From a bacterium (GTDB lineage Bacteria; Patescibacteriota; Patescibacteriia; UBA1558; GWA2-36-10), in NCBI GenBank assembly GCA_018653315.1, contig JABIAL010000037.1:1487-65486 (forward strand): a stretch of DNA of 64,000 bases, written 5' to 3'. Under the pieces are notes generated by a model. It ran no database searches. It was not told where the DNA came from and saw nothing but the letters and a program-made list of their open reading frames with translations. A program made the position numbers and the translations under genes. Each line of letters begins with the position of its first letter. The first letter of the stretch is position 1. Of this stretch, positions 32,668 through 42,935 are shown one piece after another.

Positions 32668-33711
32668 TTATTCTATTTTTGGCTTATCTAAGTCTTCAAT
32701 TTCAATATTTTCACCATTTCCACTTATCTTTAAAATATCTTTATCTACCTTTTTAAATTCTTTACTGCTGAAATTATAGGCATTTATAGCTGTACCTAGG
32801 TGATTACCTAGTTTTTTATGATACTCACTATAAGCCGCCATGTGTTTTTGCAATTTAGTAACATTTGCTCTTATTTCTTTAGCCGACTCCTCTATTTGCA
32901 AAGCACGCAACCCTTGCAAGACTGTCTGCAAATATGCAGCAAAAGTAGTTGGTGAAACAATAATTACTTTTCGTTCATTAAAAGCATAATCAATCAAACT
33001 ACGAGTATTTACTTTGACGGCTCCAACTTCGTTTATTAACAAGTCATAATAAATACCTTCAGCCGGAATAAACATAAAAGCAAAATCTAAAGTATCCTCA
33101 CCCGGACGAATATATTTAGAGGTCTCATCAATCCTCTTTTTCAAATCATTTTTAAATTCTTTTTCTAAAACTTTTTTCTTTTCTTTGTTGGTTTCATTTA
33201 TAATACGGCGATAATTTTCCAAAGAAAACTTGGCATCTACTGGTAATAGTTTATCTTTAATTTTTACTACGGCATCTACTGCTTCACCGCTTTTGAAATG
33301 ATACTGCATCTGATAACTTTGTGGCGGTAAAATATTTGCTAAAATCATCTCTAAGCTAGCCTCACCAAGTGAGCCTCTATTTTTTGAATTAGTCAAAACT
33401 TTTTCTAGATTCTGTAGTTGATCGGTAAAACTTACAACCTGTTTATTTGTTTCTTCTAATTTTAATAACTTTTCAGTAACTTCTTTGGAAAGCCGAGAGG
33501 TTTCTATAAACTGATCTTGTAACATCTTGGAAGAATGTCGACTAGACTGATCAAACTTTTGACTCAACTGCACATTTAAATCATTAATCTGTTGTTGCAA
33601 CATTAATGCAGTTTTATCATCTTCTTTATTGACCGGCTCCTGTTTTTTCATCAACAAAAATACTACTGTTGCAAAACCGACTATAAAAACTATTAATAAA
33701 GCAATATCCAT
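32668..33711 (-). CDS. rmuC: DNA recombination protein RmuC
   Basis: N-terminal TM plus coiled coil; RGSLGE, VDAKF, KYI.P..T.DFAFMFIP.EG, VSPTT. Confidence 0.93.
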   Translation of the reverse strand: MDIALLIVFIVGFATVVFLLMKKQEPVNKEDDKTALMLQQQINDLNVQLSQKFDQSSRHSSKMLQDQFIETSRLSKEVTEKLLKLEETNKQVVSFTDQLQNLEKVLTNSKNRGSLGEASLEMILANILPPQSYQMQYHFKSGEAVDAVVKIKDKLLPVDAKFSLENYRRIINETNKEKKKVLEKEFKNDLKKRIDETSKYIRPGEDTLDFAFMFIPAEGIYYDLLINEVGAVKVNTRSLIDYAFNERKVIIVSPTTFAAYLQTVLQGLRALQIEESAKEIRANVTKLQKHMAAYSEYHKKLGNHLGTAINAYNFSSKEFKKVDKDILKISGNGENIEIEDLDKPKIE

Positions 33712-33721
33712 ATAATTAAAA

Positions 33722-34504
33722 TTATTTTATCTTAAATAATTGTTTAGCATTGTCTCCTGTAATTTTAATCACTTCCTCAACGTTCATATTTTTGATCTCA
33801 GCGATTTTAACAGCTACTTCTTTGACATACACTGGTTCATTGCGCTTACCTCTATAAGGCACCGGGGTTAAATAAGGAGCATCTGTTTCTATCAAAATTT
33901 TATCTAAAGGCATCATTTTTATAATCTCCGCTAATACTCCTGTTTTATCAAATGTAACAATCCCTGTAAAGCCCAAATACAGTTCTAAGTCTAATATTAG
34001 CCTAGCCTGTTCAAGTGAACCACCGAAGCAATGCACTACCGCTTCTCTAACTTGTTGTTCTTTCAAAATATTATAAATGTCTTGATAGACATCTAATCTA
34101 TTCTCTTTGTCGTTGCGGCCGTGAATAATCAAAGCTAGATCATTTTTCTTAGCCAATTCTATGTGTTGTAAAAAAATCTCTTCTTGTTTTTCTTTGGTGT
34201 CTTGATTATGAAAATAGTCTAATCCAGTTTCGCCAATGGCTATTACTTTTTCTGGATTACTATCTATTAATTTTTGATAATCAGCTATTTTAAACTCTTC
34301 ATCCAAAACATGAATCGGATGCAAACCAATACTGGCATAAAAATTTTTATTTTGTTGAGCCAACTCCACAGCTTTTTGACTTGAGTCAAAAGCGGCTCCG
34401 ACATTAATCAGAGCCATCTTAGCTTGCTGACAATGATCTATTACCTCTGCCCGATCATCGTCATAAGCTTGAAAATTAAGATGAGTATGTGAATCTATTA
34501 ACAT
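33722..34504 (-). CDS. tatD: TatD family hydrolase
   Basis: DSHTH, GLHP, IGETGLDY, HCF, ETDAPYL.P. Confidence 0.95.
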   Translation of the reverse strand: MLIDSHTHLNFQAYDDDRAEVIDHCQQAKMALINVGAAFDSSQKAVELAQQNKNFYASIGLHPIHVLDEEFKIADYQKLIDSNPEKVIAIGETGLDYFHNQDTKEKQEEIFLQHIELAKKNDLALIIHGRNDKENRLDVYQDIYNILKEQQVREAVVHCFGGSLEQARLILDLELYLGFTGIVTFDKTGVLAEIIKMMPLDKILIETDAPYLTPVPYRGKRNEPVYVKEVAVKIAEIKNMNVEEVIKITGDNAKQLFKIK

Positions 34505-34505
34505 G

Positions 34506-35012
34506 TTAAATTATTTCTTTTACACTTTTTATAGCTTCAGGAATCAATGGCTTAATGATCACTGCTACACTCAAAGCAATGGCGGCTAATTGTGATTCTT
34601 CTACCACCTCAGCAATAGCATCTGAAAAAGAAAATAAAGATAATAAATAAACCAATGCCGCTACCGCTAGAACACCACCAATAACCCCAACTAAAGATCC
34701 GGCTAACTTATTTGCCAAATCTATGAAAGGTATAATATTAAAAATTTTATTTATGATCCAAACTATAATACTAAATATAATATTAATCAGTATAAAAATA
34801 GCAATGAATCCTAAGATATTAGCTAAAGATTGATTAGTCATACTTAATGACCGCATCAACCAACCTGCTACTTGAGTCATAAAATGTGAGCCGGCCCAAA
34901 TACCAACAATTATACCTAAAAATCCGCCAATAGCACCTACTAAACCAGCTCTAAAACCTTTCCAGAAAAAGAATAATAAGATAACTATAATTACAATGTC
35001 TAACCAATTCAT
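34506..35012 (-). CDS. CvpA family membrane protein
   Basis: MNWLD...KGFRAGL; NKLAG..G motif. Confidence 0.88.
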   Translation of the reverse strand: MNWLDIVIIVILLFFFWKGFRAGLVGAIGGFLGIIVGIWAGSHFMTQVAGWLMRSLSMTNQSLANILGFIAIFILINIIFSIIVWIINKIFNIIPFIDLANKLAGSLVGVIGGVLAVAALVYLLSLFSFSDAIAEVVEESQLAAIALSVAVIIKPLIPEAIKSVKEII

Positions 35013-35022
35013 ATTTTTATTA

Positions 35023-35145
35023 TTAATTTAATTGTATAACATCATATGACTCTGTTTCTTCGATTGATTTAATTCGACAACCAGATACAACAACGGTCAC
35101 AGTTAACAAGAGAAGAACAAAAATCATTAATTTAGAAAATTTCAT
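35023..35145 (-). CDS. Small lipoprotein (40 aa), absent from the ORF track
   Basis: MKFSKLMIFVLLLLTVTVVVSGCRIKSIEETESYDVIQLN; lipobox VSGC. Confidence 0.6.
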   Translation of the reverse strand: MKFSKLMIFVLLLLTVTVVVSGCRIKSIEETESYDVIQLN

Positions 35146-35176
35146 ATTTTCATCATAAAATAATATATGCCTAAAA

Positions 35177-35395
35177 TTACTTTTCCATTTCTCTTAGCCT
35201 AAAATCATTAAAAAATAAAATTGCTAAGCCAACAACGATTGATATAGAATAACTAATCAATTCATTGCCTGGAAATAAATAAAGATCTAATAATCCCCAA
35301 AGACCTCGCCAATATAACAAAATCCCCAAACCAATAATAATCGAATATACATTTCGATTAGTCTTTTTTAAACGTTGTAACAAATTAGTTTTCAT
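35177..35395 (-). CDS. Small two-TM hypothetical protein
   Basis: WRGLWGLLD.YLFP motif. Confidence 0.75.
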   Translation of the reverse strand: MKTNLLQRLKKTNRNVYSIIIGLGILLYWRGLWGLLDLYLFPGNELISYSISIVVGLAILFFNDFRLREMEK

Positions 35396-35402
35396 GACTT
35401 TT

Positions 35403-36875
35403 TTACTTTAATCTTTCAAATAATGGTGTACTTGGTTTAACTATTTTATCTGCTGTTAAAATAGTTAAAATTTCTTGAGATTTTTTTGGCATAAAAGGTT
35501 GCAAGGCAATCGCTATATTATATAAATCAGCAGTCCCCTCAGTCAACAAATCCTCTAACTTTATTTTATCATCCGGCTTATCAGATTTAGCAAGCTCCCA
35601 TGGCTTTTGCTGATCAATTGCTTGATTCAAATTCTTTATGGGAATCCACGTTCTAAGTAATGCACCCCTAAAATCTAATTTTTCTATCTTCTCTTGAGTT
35701 TCTGACACAAAATGTTTCTCTGCTTTGTTAAATTTAACCTTGCCGCCTAAATAATCTTCTGTCATCTTTGTAATGCGGTTTACTAAATTGCCTAAGCCGT
35801 TTACTAAATCAGCATTATACTTAACGCCGAACTCTTCTATTTTGATATCTGACTCTGAACCAAAAGAAAATTGAGATAAAATTAAATATTTAGTTGCTTC
35901 CGCTCCATATTTATCTACTAATTCATCCGGATGAATGACATTGCCCAAAGTTTTGGACATTTTTTTGCCATCGATAGTAAAAAAGCCATGGATATTTAAT
36001 TGCTTTGGCAAATCAGCTCCCAAGGCTAACAATATTGCTGGCCAATAAATAGCGTGGAACTTCAAAATATCTAGAGCCATCACTTGGTTATCAGCTGGCC
36101 AATATTTTTTGAATAACTCGCCATCCGGATAATCTAAGGCCGTAATATAATTAGATAGTGCGTCTACCCAAACATAAGCTTTTTGATTCTCATCCCAAGG
36201 TAAATCAATCCCCCAAGAAACAGCTTTAGCTGAACGAGAAATAGAAAAATCTGGTAAATCTTGTTTCTCTAATAAACCCAGAACTTCATTTTTTCTAGAT
36301 TCTGGATAAATAATTAATTCATTATTTTTTATTTTTTCAATAATAGTTGGCAAAAAATCCTGCAGTTTAAAAAACCAATTTTTCTCAGTTACTTGTTCGG
36401 GTTTTTTGTTATGATCCGGGCATAGACCATTGTCTAATTCATTTTCGGTAATGAATTTTTCACAACCAACACAATACAAACCTTGATAATCTGCTTCATA
36501 CAAAACATCATTGCCTTGCGGTGTTTTGGCTGTTTTTAATTTATTTAAAATTTCGGTTACAATTTCTTTATGCTTGTCATCAGTAGTGCGAATAAATTGA
36601 TCATGTTCAATTTCTAGTTTTGCCCAAGCATCTTGAAACTGTTGGCTTACTTGGTCAGTAAAAATCTGTGGTTCTACTCCTGTCTTAGCAGCTGACTCTG
36701 CAATCTTTGCTCCATGCTCATCAGTGCCAGTCAAGAAATAAACATCAGCTCCTTGCTGACGATAAAAACGAGCTAACACATCAGCGACAATGGTAGTATA
36801 AGCATGACCAATGTGTGGCTGGTCATTGACATAATAAATTGGAGTTGTAATATAGTATTTTTTCTTTTCGGTCAT
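35403..36875 (-). CDS. metG: Methionyl-tRNA synthetase (short form)
   Basis: YITTPIYYVN..PHIGH, GTDEHG, YVWVDAL, KMSKT. Confidence 0.97.
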   Translation of the reverse strand: MTEKKKYYITTPIYYVNDQPHIGHAYTTIVADVLARFYRQQGADVYFLTGTDEHGAKIAESAAKTGVEPQIFTDQVSQQFQDAWAKLEIEHDQFIRTTDDKHKEIVTEILNKLKTAKTPQGNDVLYEADYQGLYCVGCEKFITENELDNGLCPDHNKKPEQVTEKNWFFKLQDFLPTIIEKIKNNELIIYPESRKNEVLGLLEKQDLPDFSISRSAKAVSWGIDLPWDENQKAYVWVDALSNYITALDYPDGELFKKYWPADNQVMALDILKFHAIYWPAILLALGADLPKQLNIHGFFTIDGKKMSKTLGNVIHPDELVDKYGAEATKYLILSQFSFGSESDIKIEEFGVKYNADLVNGLGNLVNRITKMTEDYLGGKVKFNKAEKHFVSETQEKIEKLDFRGALLRTWIPIKNLNQAIDQQKPWELAKSDKPDDKIKLEDLLTEGTADLYNIAIALQPFMPKKSQEILTILTADKIVKPSTPLFERLK

Positions 36876-36896
36876 AGATTATTCTACAAAGTATTT

Positions 36897-37400
36897 TTAT
36901 TTGATTTCTTCTAACTTATTATTTAAAATTCCATATATTTGATCTACATATTTATTTGGCACCAATAATGGGAAAAATCCGTGTTTATCTTTTTTAATAT
37001 AATATTTCTTTCGTTCTGCACTATTTGGTCCACTACTGAAATCAGGATTTTCTTCCGGATAACTTGAGTGCTTAGTACTAAATGATTTTAAGTCTTCCCA
37101 TTTATATTCATATTTTTTATTACCCTTTGCTTCGGTCACTATAATAGCATTTTCATTCACTTCAAATAACTGAACCCTTAATTTAAATTTACGTTTAAGA
37201 AATAAATGCCAAAATAATAAGCTAATGATATATGCAAATATTAGCGTAATGCCAAAACTTGTTTCTCTATTCTCAAAATAATAAACATACAAATAAATAA
37301 CGCCACTAAAATAAAAACAAAAACCTAAAATTTTAGGCATTATACTGGCTCTTTTTAAATCATCGGCTGTGGGCTCATAGCGCCATTGTATTGATTCCAT
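36897..37400 (-). CDS. Hypothetical membrane protein
   Basis: Two TM helices plus a soluble domain; in operon context. Confidence 0.7.
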   Translation of the reverse strand: MESIQWRYEPTADDLKRASIMPKILGFCFYFSGVIYLYVYYFENRETSFGITLIFAYIISLLFWHLFLKRKFKLRVQLFEVNENAIIVTEAKGNKKYEYKWEDLKSFSTKHSSYPEENPDFSSGPNSAERKKYYIKKDKHGFFPLLVPNKYVDQIYGILNNKLEEIK

Positions 37401-37404
37401 AAAA

Positions 37405-38073
37405 TTATTTATTTACTATAATAATAAACTCTCCCTTGACTTGTATTTTATCTGCATTTAAAATTTCTAAAATTTCTTGAGCTGTGCCACGATAAATAGT
37501 CTCAAACTTTTTTGTTAACTCTCGACCAACGATCAACTGTTTATCACAATCGCCTAGTTGCTCTAAAGCTTTTTGAATACGATGCACGGATTCCAAAAAT
37601 ATTACCGGACGTTTAGAATCTTTAATTTCTGTCATCAAAGTTTGTCGACCCTTTTTATGAGGTAAAAAACCTAAAAACAAAAATTTATCTAGCTGAATCC
37701 CAGCTATTGAAATAATAGTCGTCAAACTAGATGCACCTGGTATCGGTACAATATTTACTTCTGGAAAATCAATTAGCACTTTCTCAATCAATTTCCCTCC
37801 TGGATCAGACAATCCCGGTGTACCAGCATCAGTTACTACAGCCAAATCTTTATCTTCATTTAATAGTTTTTTTATTTTATTCCAATCAGCATCTTTACTA
37901 TGTTGATGCCAAACTAATAATTGAGTCTTAATATCAAAATGCTCTAGTAATTTTTTAGTCACTCTTTTGTCTTCTGCTACTACAAAATCTACCTCGGCCA
38001 GAATTCTTTTAGCTCGCAAAGTTAAATCTTCTAAATTTCCAATTGGCGTAGCAACAAAATAAAGAGTAGACAT
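37405..38073 (-). CDS. rsmI: 16S rRNA C1402 2'-O-methyltransferase
   Basis: ATPIGNLED, DAGTPGLSDPG, RELTKKFE, KGE. Confidence 0.96.
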   Translation of the reverse strand: MSTLYFVATPIGNLEDLTLRAKRILAEVDFVVAEDKRVTKKLLEHFDIKTQLLVWHQHSKDADWNKIKKLLNEDKDLAVVTDAGTPGLSDPGGKLIEKVLIDFPEVNIVPIPGASSLTTIISIAGIQLDKFLFLGFLPHKKGRQTLMTEIKDSKRPVIFLESVHRIQKALEQLGDCDKQLIVGRELTKKFETIYRGTAQEILEILNADKIQVKGEFIIIVNK

Positions 38074-39122
38074 TATTTAGCTAATTTAGTTTCTTGTTTA
38101 GTTTTTCGACTAAGTAAATCTTCAAAATAAACAGCAAAGGCAGTGGCTACTGGCACGGCTAATATTGCTCCTACTGGCCCAGCAAGACGAGCACCCGTCA
38201 AAATACTAAGAATAACAATAATCGGATTAAGGCCAACAATCTTACCCATCACCTTTGGTACAATCAACTGATTTTCTGCTTGCTGAATTACAAAATATAA
38301 ACCAAGCACAGCTAAAGCACGCCAAGGATCTTGAGCATAAGCTAAAAATATAGCTGGCACAGCAGACATTAGTGGACCTAAATAAGGTATAATTTCAAAT
38401 AATCCTGCTACTAAAGCTAAAATAAGAGCATATTTAATACCGATAATACTCAAGCCCAAATAAACCAGTATGAAGACAATAACCGACAAAATTAGTTGGC
38501 CACGCAACCAATATCCCATGCGATGCTGAATTTTATTTATCAATTGAGTAACATATGGTTGATGTCTCGATGGTGTCATACTACGAATAAATCGCTTCAT
38601 ACCATCTTCTTCTACTACCAGGTAAAAAGTAATTACTAGAATAATAAAGAAAGAAATCACCCCGCCAAATAAAGATACGACAAAGCTAAATATGCCATTA
38701 GTAGCTTTTGATAAACCACTAGAGATAAAAGATAGCCCTGTTGCTTGTTGTGTTTCACTACTAGTAAAACTTAACTGTTGTAAATTCTTGAAACCCTCTT
38801 CTATCTTTTGATAAAACTGAGCTGTATTAGCATCACGTGACACCTCTTTGATTTGTTCAACAACTGGACCAGAAATCAAAAATATTGTTCCTGCAACCAA
38901 AGATAAAAAGATAATATAAACTCCTAAAATACTTAATGCACGAGGAATTCTTCTGGCCTGCAACCAATCTACCATTGGATCAAAAGCGGCTGATAAAACA
39001 ATCGCTATGAACAATAGGGCTAAGACGTCTTTGATTAAAAACAAAAAGCCTAGGAGCAAAAAAATGACAATGACCCTAACGATTGTACCTGTCGAAATTG
39101 ATACATTCTTAAAATTTGACAT
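38073..39122 (-). CDS. AI-2E family transporter
   Basis: Polytopic; LRGQL, IPYLGP, QQAENQLIVPK, LAVP. Confidence 0.92.
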   Translation of the reverse strand: MSNFKNVSISTGTIVRVIVIFLLLGFLFLIKDVLALLFIAIVLSAAFDPMVDWLQARRIPRALSILGVYIIFLSLVAGTIFLISGPVVEQIKEVSRDANTAQFYQKIEEGFKNLQQLSFTSSETQQATGLSFISSGLSKATNGIFSFVVSLFGGVISFFIILVITFYLVVEEDGMKRFIRSMTPSRHQPYVTQLINKIQHRMGYWLRGQLILSVIVFILVYLGLSIIGIKYALILALVAGLFEIIPYLGPLMSAVPAIFLAYAQDPWRALAVLGLYFVIQQAENQLIVPKVMGKIVGLNPIIVILSILTGARLAGPVGAILAVPVATAFAVYFEDLLSRKTKQETKLAK

Positions 39123-39125
39123 AAA

Positions 39126-40397
39126 CTATTTATTTAGAATATTTAAAAATTTATTTTTATTGGTGAATGAACCGATAATAGCCAAATTAGCTTTTGGCCA
39201 GGAAATAATCTCACTAGCTAAATTATTTATCTGTTTTAAAGTAACTTTTTCTAAATCAATCAATAACTGGTCTAAATCTCTAATTTTTTTCTCTAATAAC
39301 TCCTGTCCAGAAATAAAATTTAACTGAGTATTTATATCTTCTAACTTCAAAATTAAACGACCTCGCATATTATCTTTAGCATGACGCAATTCTTCAATGC
39401 CAATACCGTCATTCTTCAACTTGTTCAGTTCATCCTTAATAGCCTGCAAAGCTTCATATATCTTATCTTTATTTAAACCAGCATGAATAGCAAAACTAGA
39501 AATATCTTCGTATCCAGAAGCCACGGCTTTAATAAAATAACACAGCCCACGACGTTCTCTAATTTGTAAAAATAAACGTGAGCTCATAGTGCCCCCTAAA
39601 ACATTAGCCAACACCTGACTGACTAAAAACTTTGGATCATTTTTGGCTACACTACGCCAGCCTAAATTAAGCTGTACCTGCTCTAATCCATTACGAGATA
39701 AAATTGTTACTCGTGGAGCTTGTTGTAGTTTCGGTTTTGTCTGAATATTCCTTACTCTAGTCTTAGTTTTAACAATTGGAAAAAACTTATCAATCAACTT
39801 CAAAACTTGCTGTTCTTTAAAATTTCCGGCTACAGCTATTACAGAATTTCCAGAATAATAATATTTCTGATAATAATTATACAAACTATTGCGAGTAATA
39901 TTACGAATATTGTCTCGCGGACCAGCAATCAACCTGCCTAAAGGTGTGTCCTGATACAATAAATTTTCAAAAACATCTTCTATGTACATCAAAGGATTAT
40001 CTTCGTACATATTTATCTCCTCGATAATTACCCCTCGCTCTCGATCAATTTCTGTTTTTTCAAATTTAGAATTATGCAGCATATCTGACAACATTTCTAC
40101 TGCCAAAGGCAAATGACTACTATCTGCCTTAATATAATATCCCGTGTGATCTTTACCAGTAAAAGCATTATACTCAGCACCAATGCCATCTAATTCCTTA
40201 GAAATTGAGGCTGTATCCGGTCGCTTGTCTGTACCCTTGAACATCAGGTGCTCTACAAAATGAGAAGCGCCGTTATTCTTGTCATTTTCTTGACGGGAAC
40301 CAACTTTATATAAAACTTCAAAAGTTATAGCCTTTGTTTCTTTTTGTGGTAGCAAAATTATGACACTACCGTCTTTTCTTACAATTCGTTTATACAT
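39126..40397 (-). CDS. M16 family zinc peptidase
   Basis: HFVEH (HxxEH), NAFT, SSRLF..IRE.RGL.Y; start at 40397. Confidence 0.93.
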   Translation of the reverse strand: MYKRIVRKDGSVIILLPQKETKAITFEVLYKVGSRQENDKNNGASHFVEHLMFKGTDKRPDTASISKELDGIGAEYNAFTGKDHTGYYIKADSSHLPLAVEMLSDMLHNSKFEKTEIDRERGVIIEEINMYEDNPLMYIEDVFENLLYQDTPLGRLIAGPRDNIRNITRNSLYNYYQKYYYSGNSVIAVAGNFKEQQVLKLIDKFFPIVKTKTRVRNIQTKPKLQQAPRVTILSRNGLEQVQLNLGWRSVAKNDPKFLVSQVLANVLGGTMSSRLFLQIRERRGLCYFIKAVASGYEDISSFAIHAGLNKDKIYEALQAIKDELNKLKNDGIGIEELRHAKDNMRGRLILKLEDINTQLNFISGQELLEKKIRDLDQLLIDLEKVTLKQINNLASEIISWPKANLAIIGSFTNKNKFLNILNK

Positions 40398-41364
40398 TTG
40401 GCACACAATCACCAATCATATAAAATGGAAAATTATACGGCGTAACCACAGAACACATTATAGCACCATTTCCTTCATGAACAATTGTCCAATCACCATC
40501 TCTTTTGGCCGCTAAAAACATTCCTCCTTCACCATTCAAATTGACAAAGCCTCGGACATGCTCATAAGATTGCTGTAATACTTTAACACTGACATTCTCT
40601 ACACTAATACCGTGATCATACGCAAAAACATGTTCTAATATGGAATTCAATTCTTCACGCTCATCTTCTGCTGCTTGATGTAAAAACTCAAAACTATCTA
40701 CAATAGTATCAAAATATTCTATGTCTTCAATCTCAGTGCTATTTATAAAAATATTGATACGTCCACTTTCTAATAAAACACTAACTCCGCTCTTAGGAAA
40801 ACCATTATAAGTAACTCTTAATCCATCTACGCCATTAATATTAATATCCTGTCTACTGGTGTATTGAATTTCTGTAGTACTCTCCATATAGTCTAGATAA
40901 TCAGATAATGAAAATTTAGACGAGATTAACTCTACACCACCTAAAGCCATGCCACTAGGCGTAGCTTCTGGCCCAAAGAAAGCATAATTAGGATCATATT
41001 TACTAGTAACAACATTCCACGCCTCCGGATACTCAAAACCATAACCAAAGGTTAAATTACTATAAGTCTGTAAACCATCTACAACTTCTTCCTCCTCTTC
41101 TCCATCATCTCCCTGTAAATCTTCAATCTGTTGTTGCAGAGATTCTGTTTGATTAGTCAAAGCTTCGACTTGTTCTTGCAAGATATCATCATCGCGCTCT
41201 GTATCTGGCAAAACAACAAATTCATACGTAGCGTAAGCGCCAGCAGCTACAACAATAAAGGTGATGATAATACTTAAAGTAATTGCCAAGGCCTTGCCTG
41301 ATTTCACAGGTTTTTGTAATGGAGCTGGCCTTAATGGTGGCAGTGGTTTTATTTTTGCTTCCAT
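40390..41364 (-). CDS. Membrane-anchored hypothetical protein (TM, coiled coil, PsbP-like domain)
   Basis: TY.N..FGY.FEYP..W pattern after the coiled coil. Confidence 0.65.
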   Translation of the reverse strand: MEAKIKPLPPLRPAPLQKPVKSGKALAITLSIIITFIVVAAGAYATYEFVVLPDTERDDDILQEQVEALTNQTESLQQQIEDLQGDDGEEEEEVVDGLQTYSNLTFGYGFEYPEAWNVVTSKYDPNYAFFGPEATPSGMALGGVELISSKFSLSDYLDYMESTTEIQYTSRQDININGVDGLRVTYNGFPKSGVSVLLESGRINIFINSTEIEDIEYFDTIVDSFEFLHQAAEDEREELNSILEHVFAYDHGISVENVSVKVLQQSYEHVRGFVNLNGEGGMFLAAKRDGDWTIVHEGNGAIMCSVVTPYNFPFYMIGDCVPNV

Positions 41365-41370
41365 AATTTT

Positions 41371-42756
41371 TTATGTTAATTTTTCTTTAAAATAACTTTC
41401 TAAATCAGCAATAGCAATTCGCTCTTGCTCCATGGTATCTCGATCCCTGACTGTCACCTGATTATCTTCTAGACTTTCGAAATCAACTGTTACACAATAT
41501 GGCGTACCAATTTCATCTTGACGACGATAACGTTTTCCAATAGAAGCCGTCTCATCATATTGAATACGATAACTCTTCACTAAATCATCATAAATCTCTT
41601 TAGCCTTATTAGCTAAAGGTTCTTTTTTAGAAAGCGGTAAAATAGCTATCTTGATTGGCGCTAACCTATGATGAAGTTTTAACACTACTTCTTTCTCTTT
41701 ATTACTTTCGGTAGTAGTAGTCCGACCACCGTCTATTTCTGTATAAGCGTCAAATAAAAATGCTAAAAATGCTCGATCAACACCACCAGAGGTTTCAATC
41801 ACATTAGGAATATAATCATTATTATCTTCATCTTTAACAGTCATCTTTTCACCAGAATATTCTTGGTGACGAGATAAATCCCATTCACCGCGATGATGAA
41901 CGCCTTCTAATTCTTTGAAAGGCTCTTCCCCTGAAAAAGCAAATTTATATTCAATATCCAAGGCTCGTTTAGCATAATGAGCTAATTCGTCTTCATCATG
42001 TTCTCGAAAACGTAAATTATCTGGATTTATACCTAAAGACAGGTACCAATCCATACGTAATTGTTGCCAATTAGCGAAAACCTCCTCTGTTTTATCTGGA
42101 TGAACAAAATATTGCATTTCCATTTGTTCAAATTCACGCATCCGGAAAATAAAATTACCAGGCGTAATTTCATTACGGAAAGCTTTACCTATCTGGGCAA
42201 TACCAAATGGCATCTTCAGACGCATGCTATCTTTGACATTCAAAAAATTTACATAAATACCTTGCGCTGTTTCTGGTCTTAGATAAATTTGGTTAGCATC
42301 TTCTTCTACTGGACCAATAAAAGTTTTGAACATTAAATTAAATTGACGAATATCCGTCAAATCACCTCCACAATCAGGACATTTTATATTTTTAATCTCT
42401 TCTGGCTTTTCATGAAAATGATCCGGCTTCAAACCCTTGCTTTCTAATAGATGGTCTGCTCTAAAACGAGTTTTACATTTCTTACAATCCACTAATGGAT
42501 CACTAAAACCTTGAATATGTCCTGAAGCTTCCCAAATCTTGGGATGCATCAAAATACCAGAGTCTAAACCAACGACATCTCGACGAGCCAACATAAAATC
42601 TTGCCAAGCTTGTTTAATGTTGTTTTTTAACTCAACTCCCAAGGGACCATAATCATGAATAGAGCTTAAGCCGCCATAAATTGTCGACGAAGGAAAGACA
42701 AAACCACGAGTTTTTGCTAGATTAACTACCTTATCAAACTTACGTTCATTTTCCAT
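41371..42756 (-). CDS. glyQS: Glycyl-tRNA synthetase, alpha2 type
   Basis: DYGPLG, WEASGH, LRPETAQG, FRNEITP, SIGKRYRRQDEIGTP. Confidence 0.97.
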   Translation of the reverse strand: MENERKFDKVVNLAKTRGFVFPSSTIYGGLSSIHDYGPLGVELKNNIKQAWQDFMLARRDVVGLDSGILMHPKIWEASGHIQGFSDPLVDCKKCKTRFRADHLLESKGLKPDHFHEKPEEIKNIKCPDCGGDLTDIRQFNLMFKTFIGPVEEDANQIYLRPETAQGIYVNFLNVKDSMRLKMPFGIAQIGKAFRNEITPGNFIFRMREFEQMEMQYFVHPDKTEEVFANWQQLRMDWYLSLGINPDNLRFREHDEDELAHYAKRALDIEYKFAFSGEEPFKELEGVHHRGEWDLSRHQEYSGEKMTVKDEDNNDYIPNVIETSGGVDRAFLAFLFDAYTEIDGGRTTTTESNKEKEVVLKLHHRLAPIKIAILPLSKKEPLANKAKEIYDDLVKSYRIQYDETASIGKRYRRQDEIGTPYCVTVDFESLEDNQVTVRDRDTMEQERIAIADLESYFKEKLT

Positions 42757-42935
42757 AATAAATACCTCTAAAATATATAATCAATGCTCAAATTATAACT
42801 AATATCGCTACTTTTAGCAATATTGACGGATAGGCAAAAAATCATTAAACAAAATAAAAAACCCAACAACCAAAATAATTGTGACATGATAAAATATTGT
42901 CTAAAAATAGACTTCTATATTGTATAGAATTTCTT

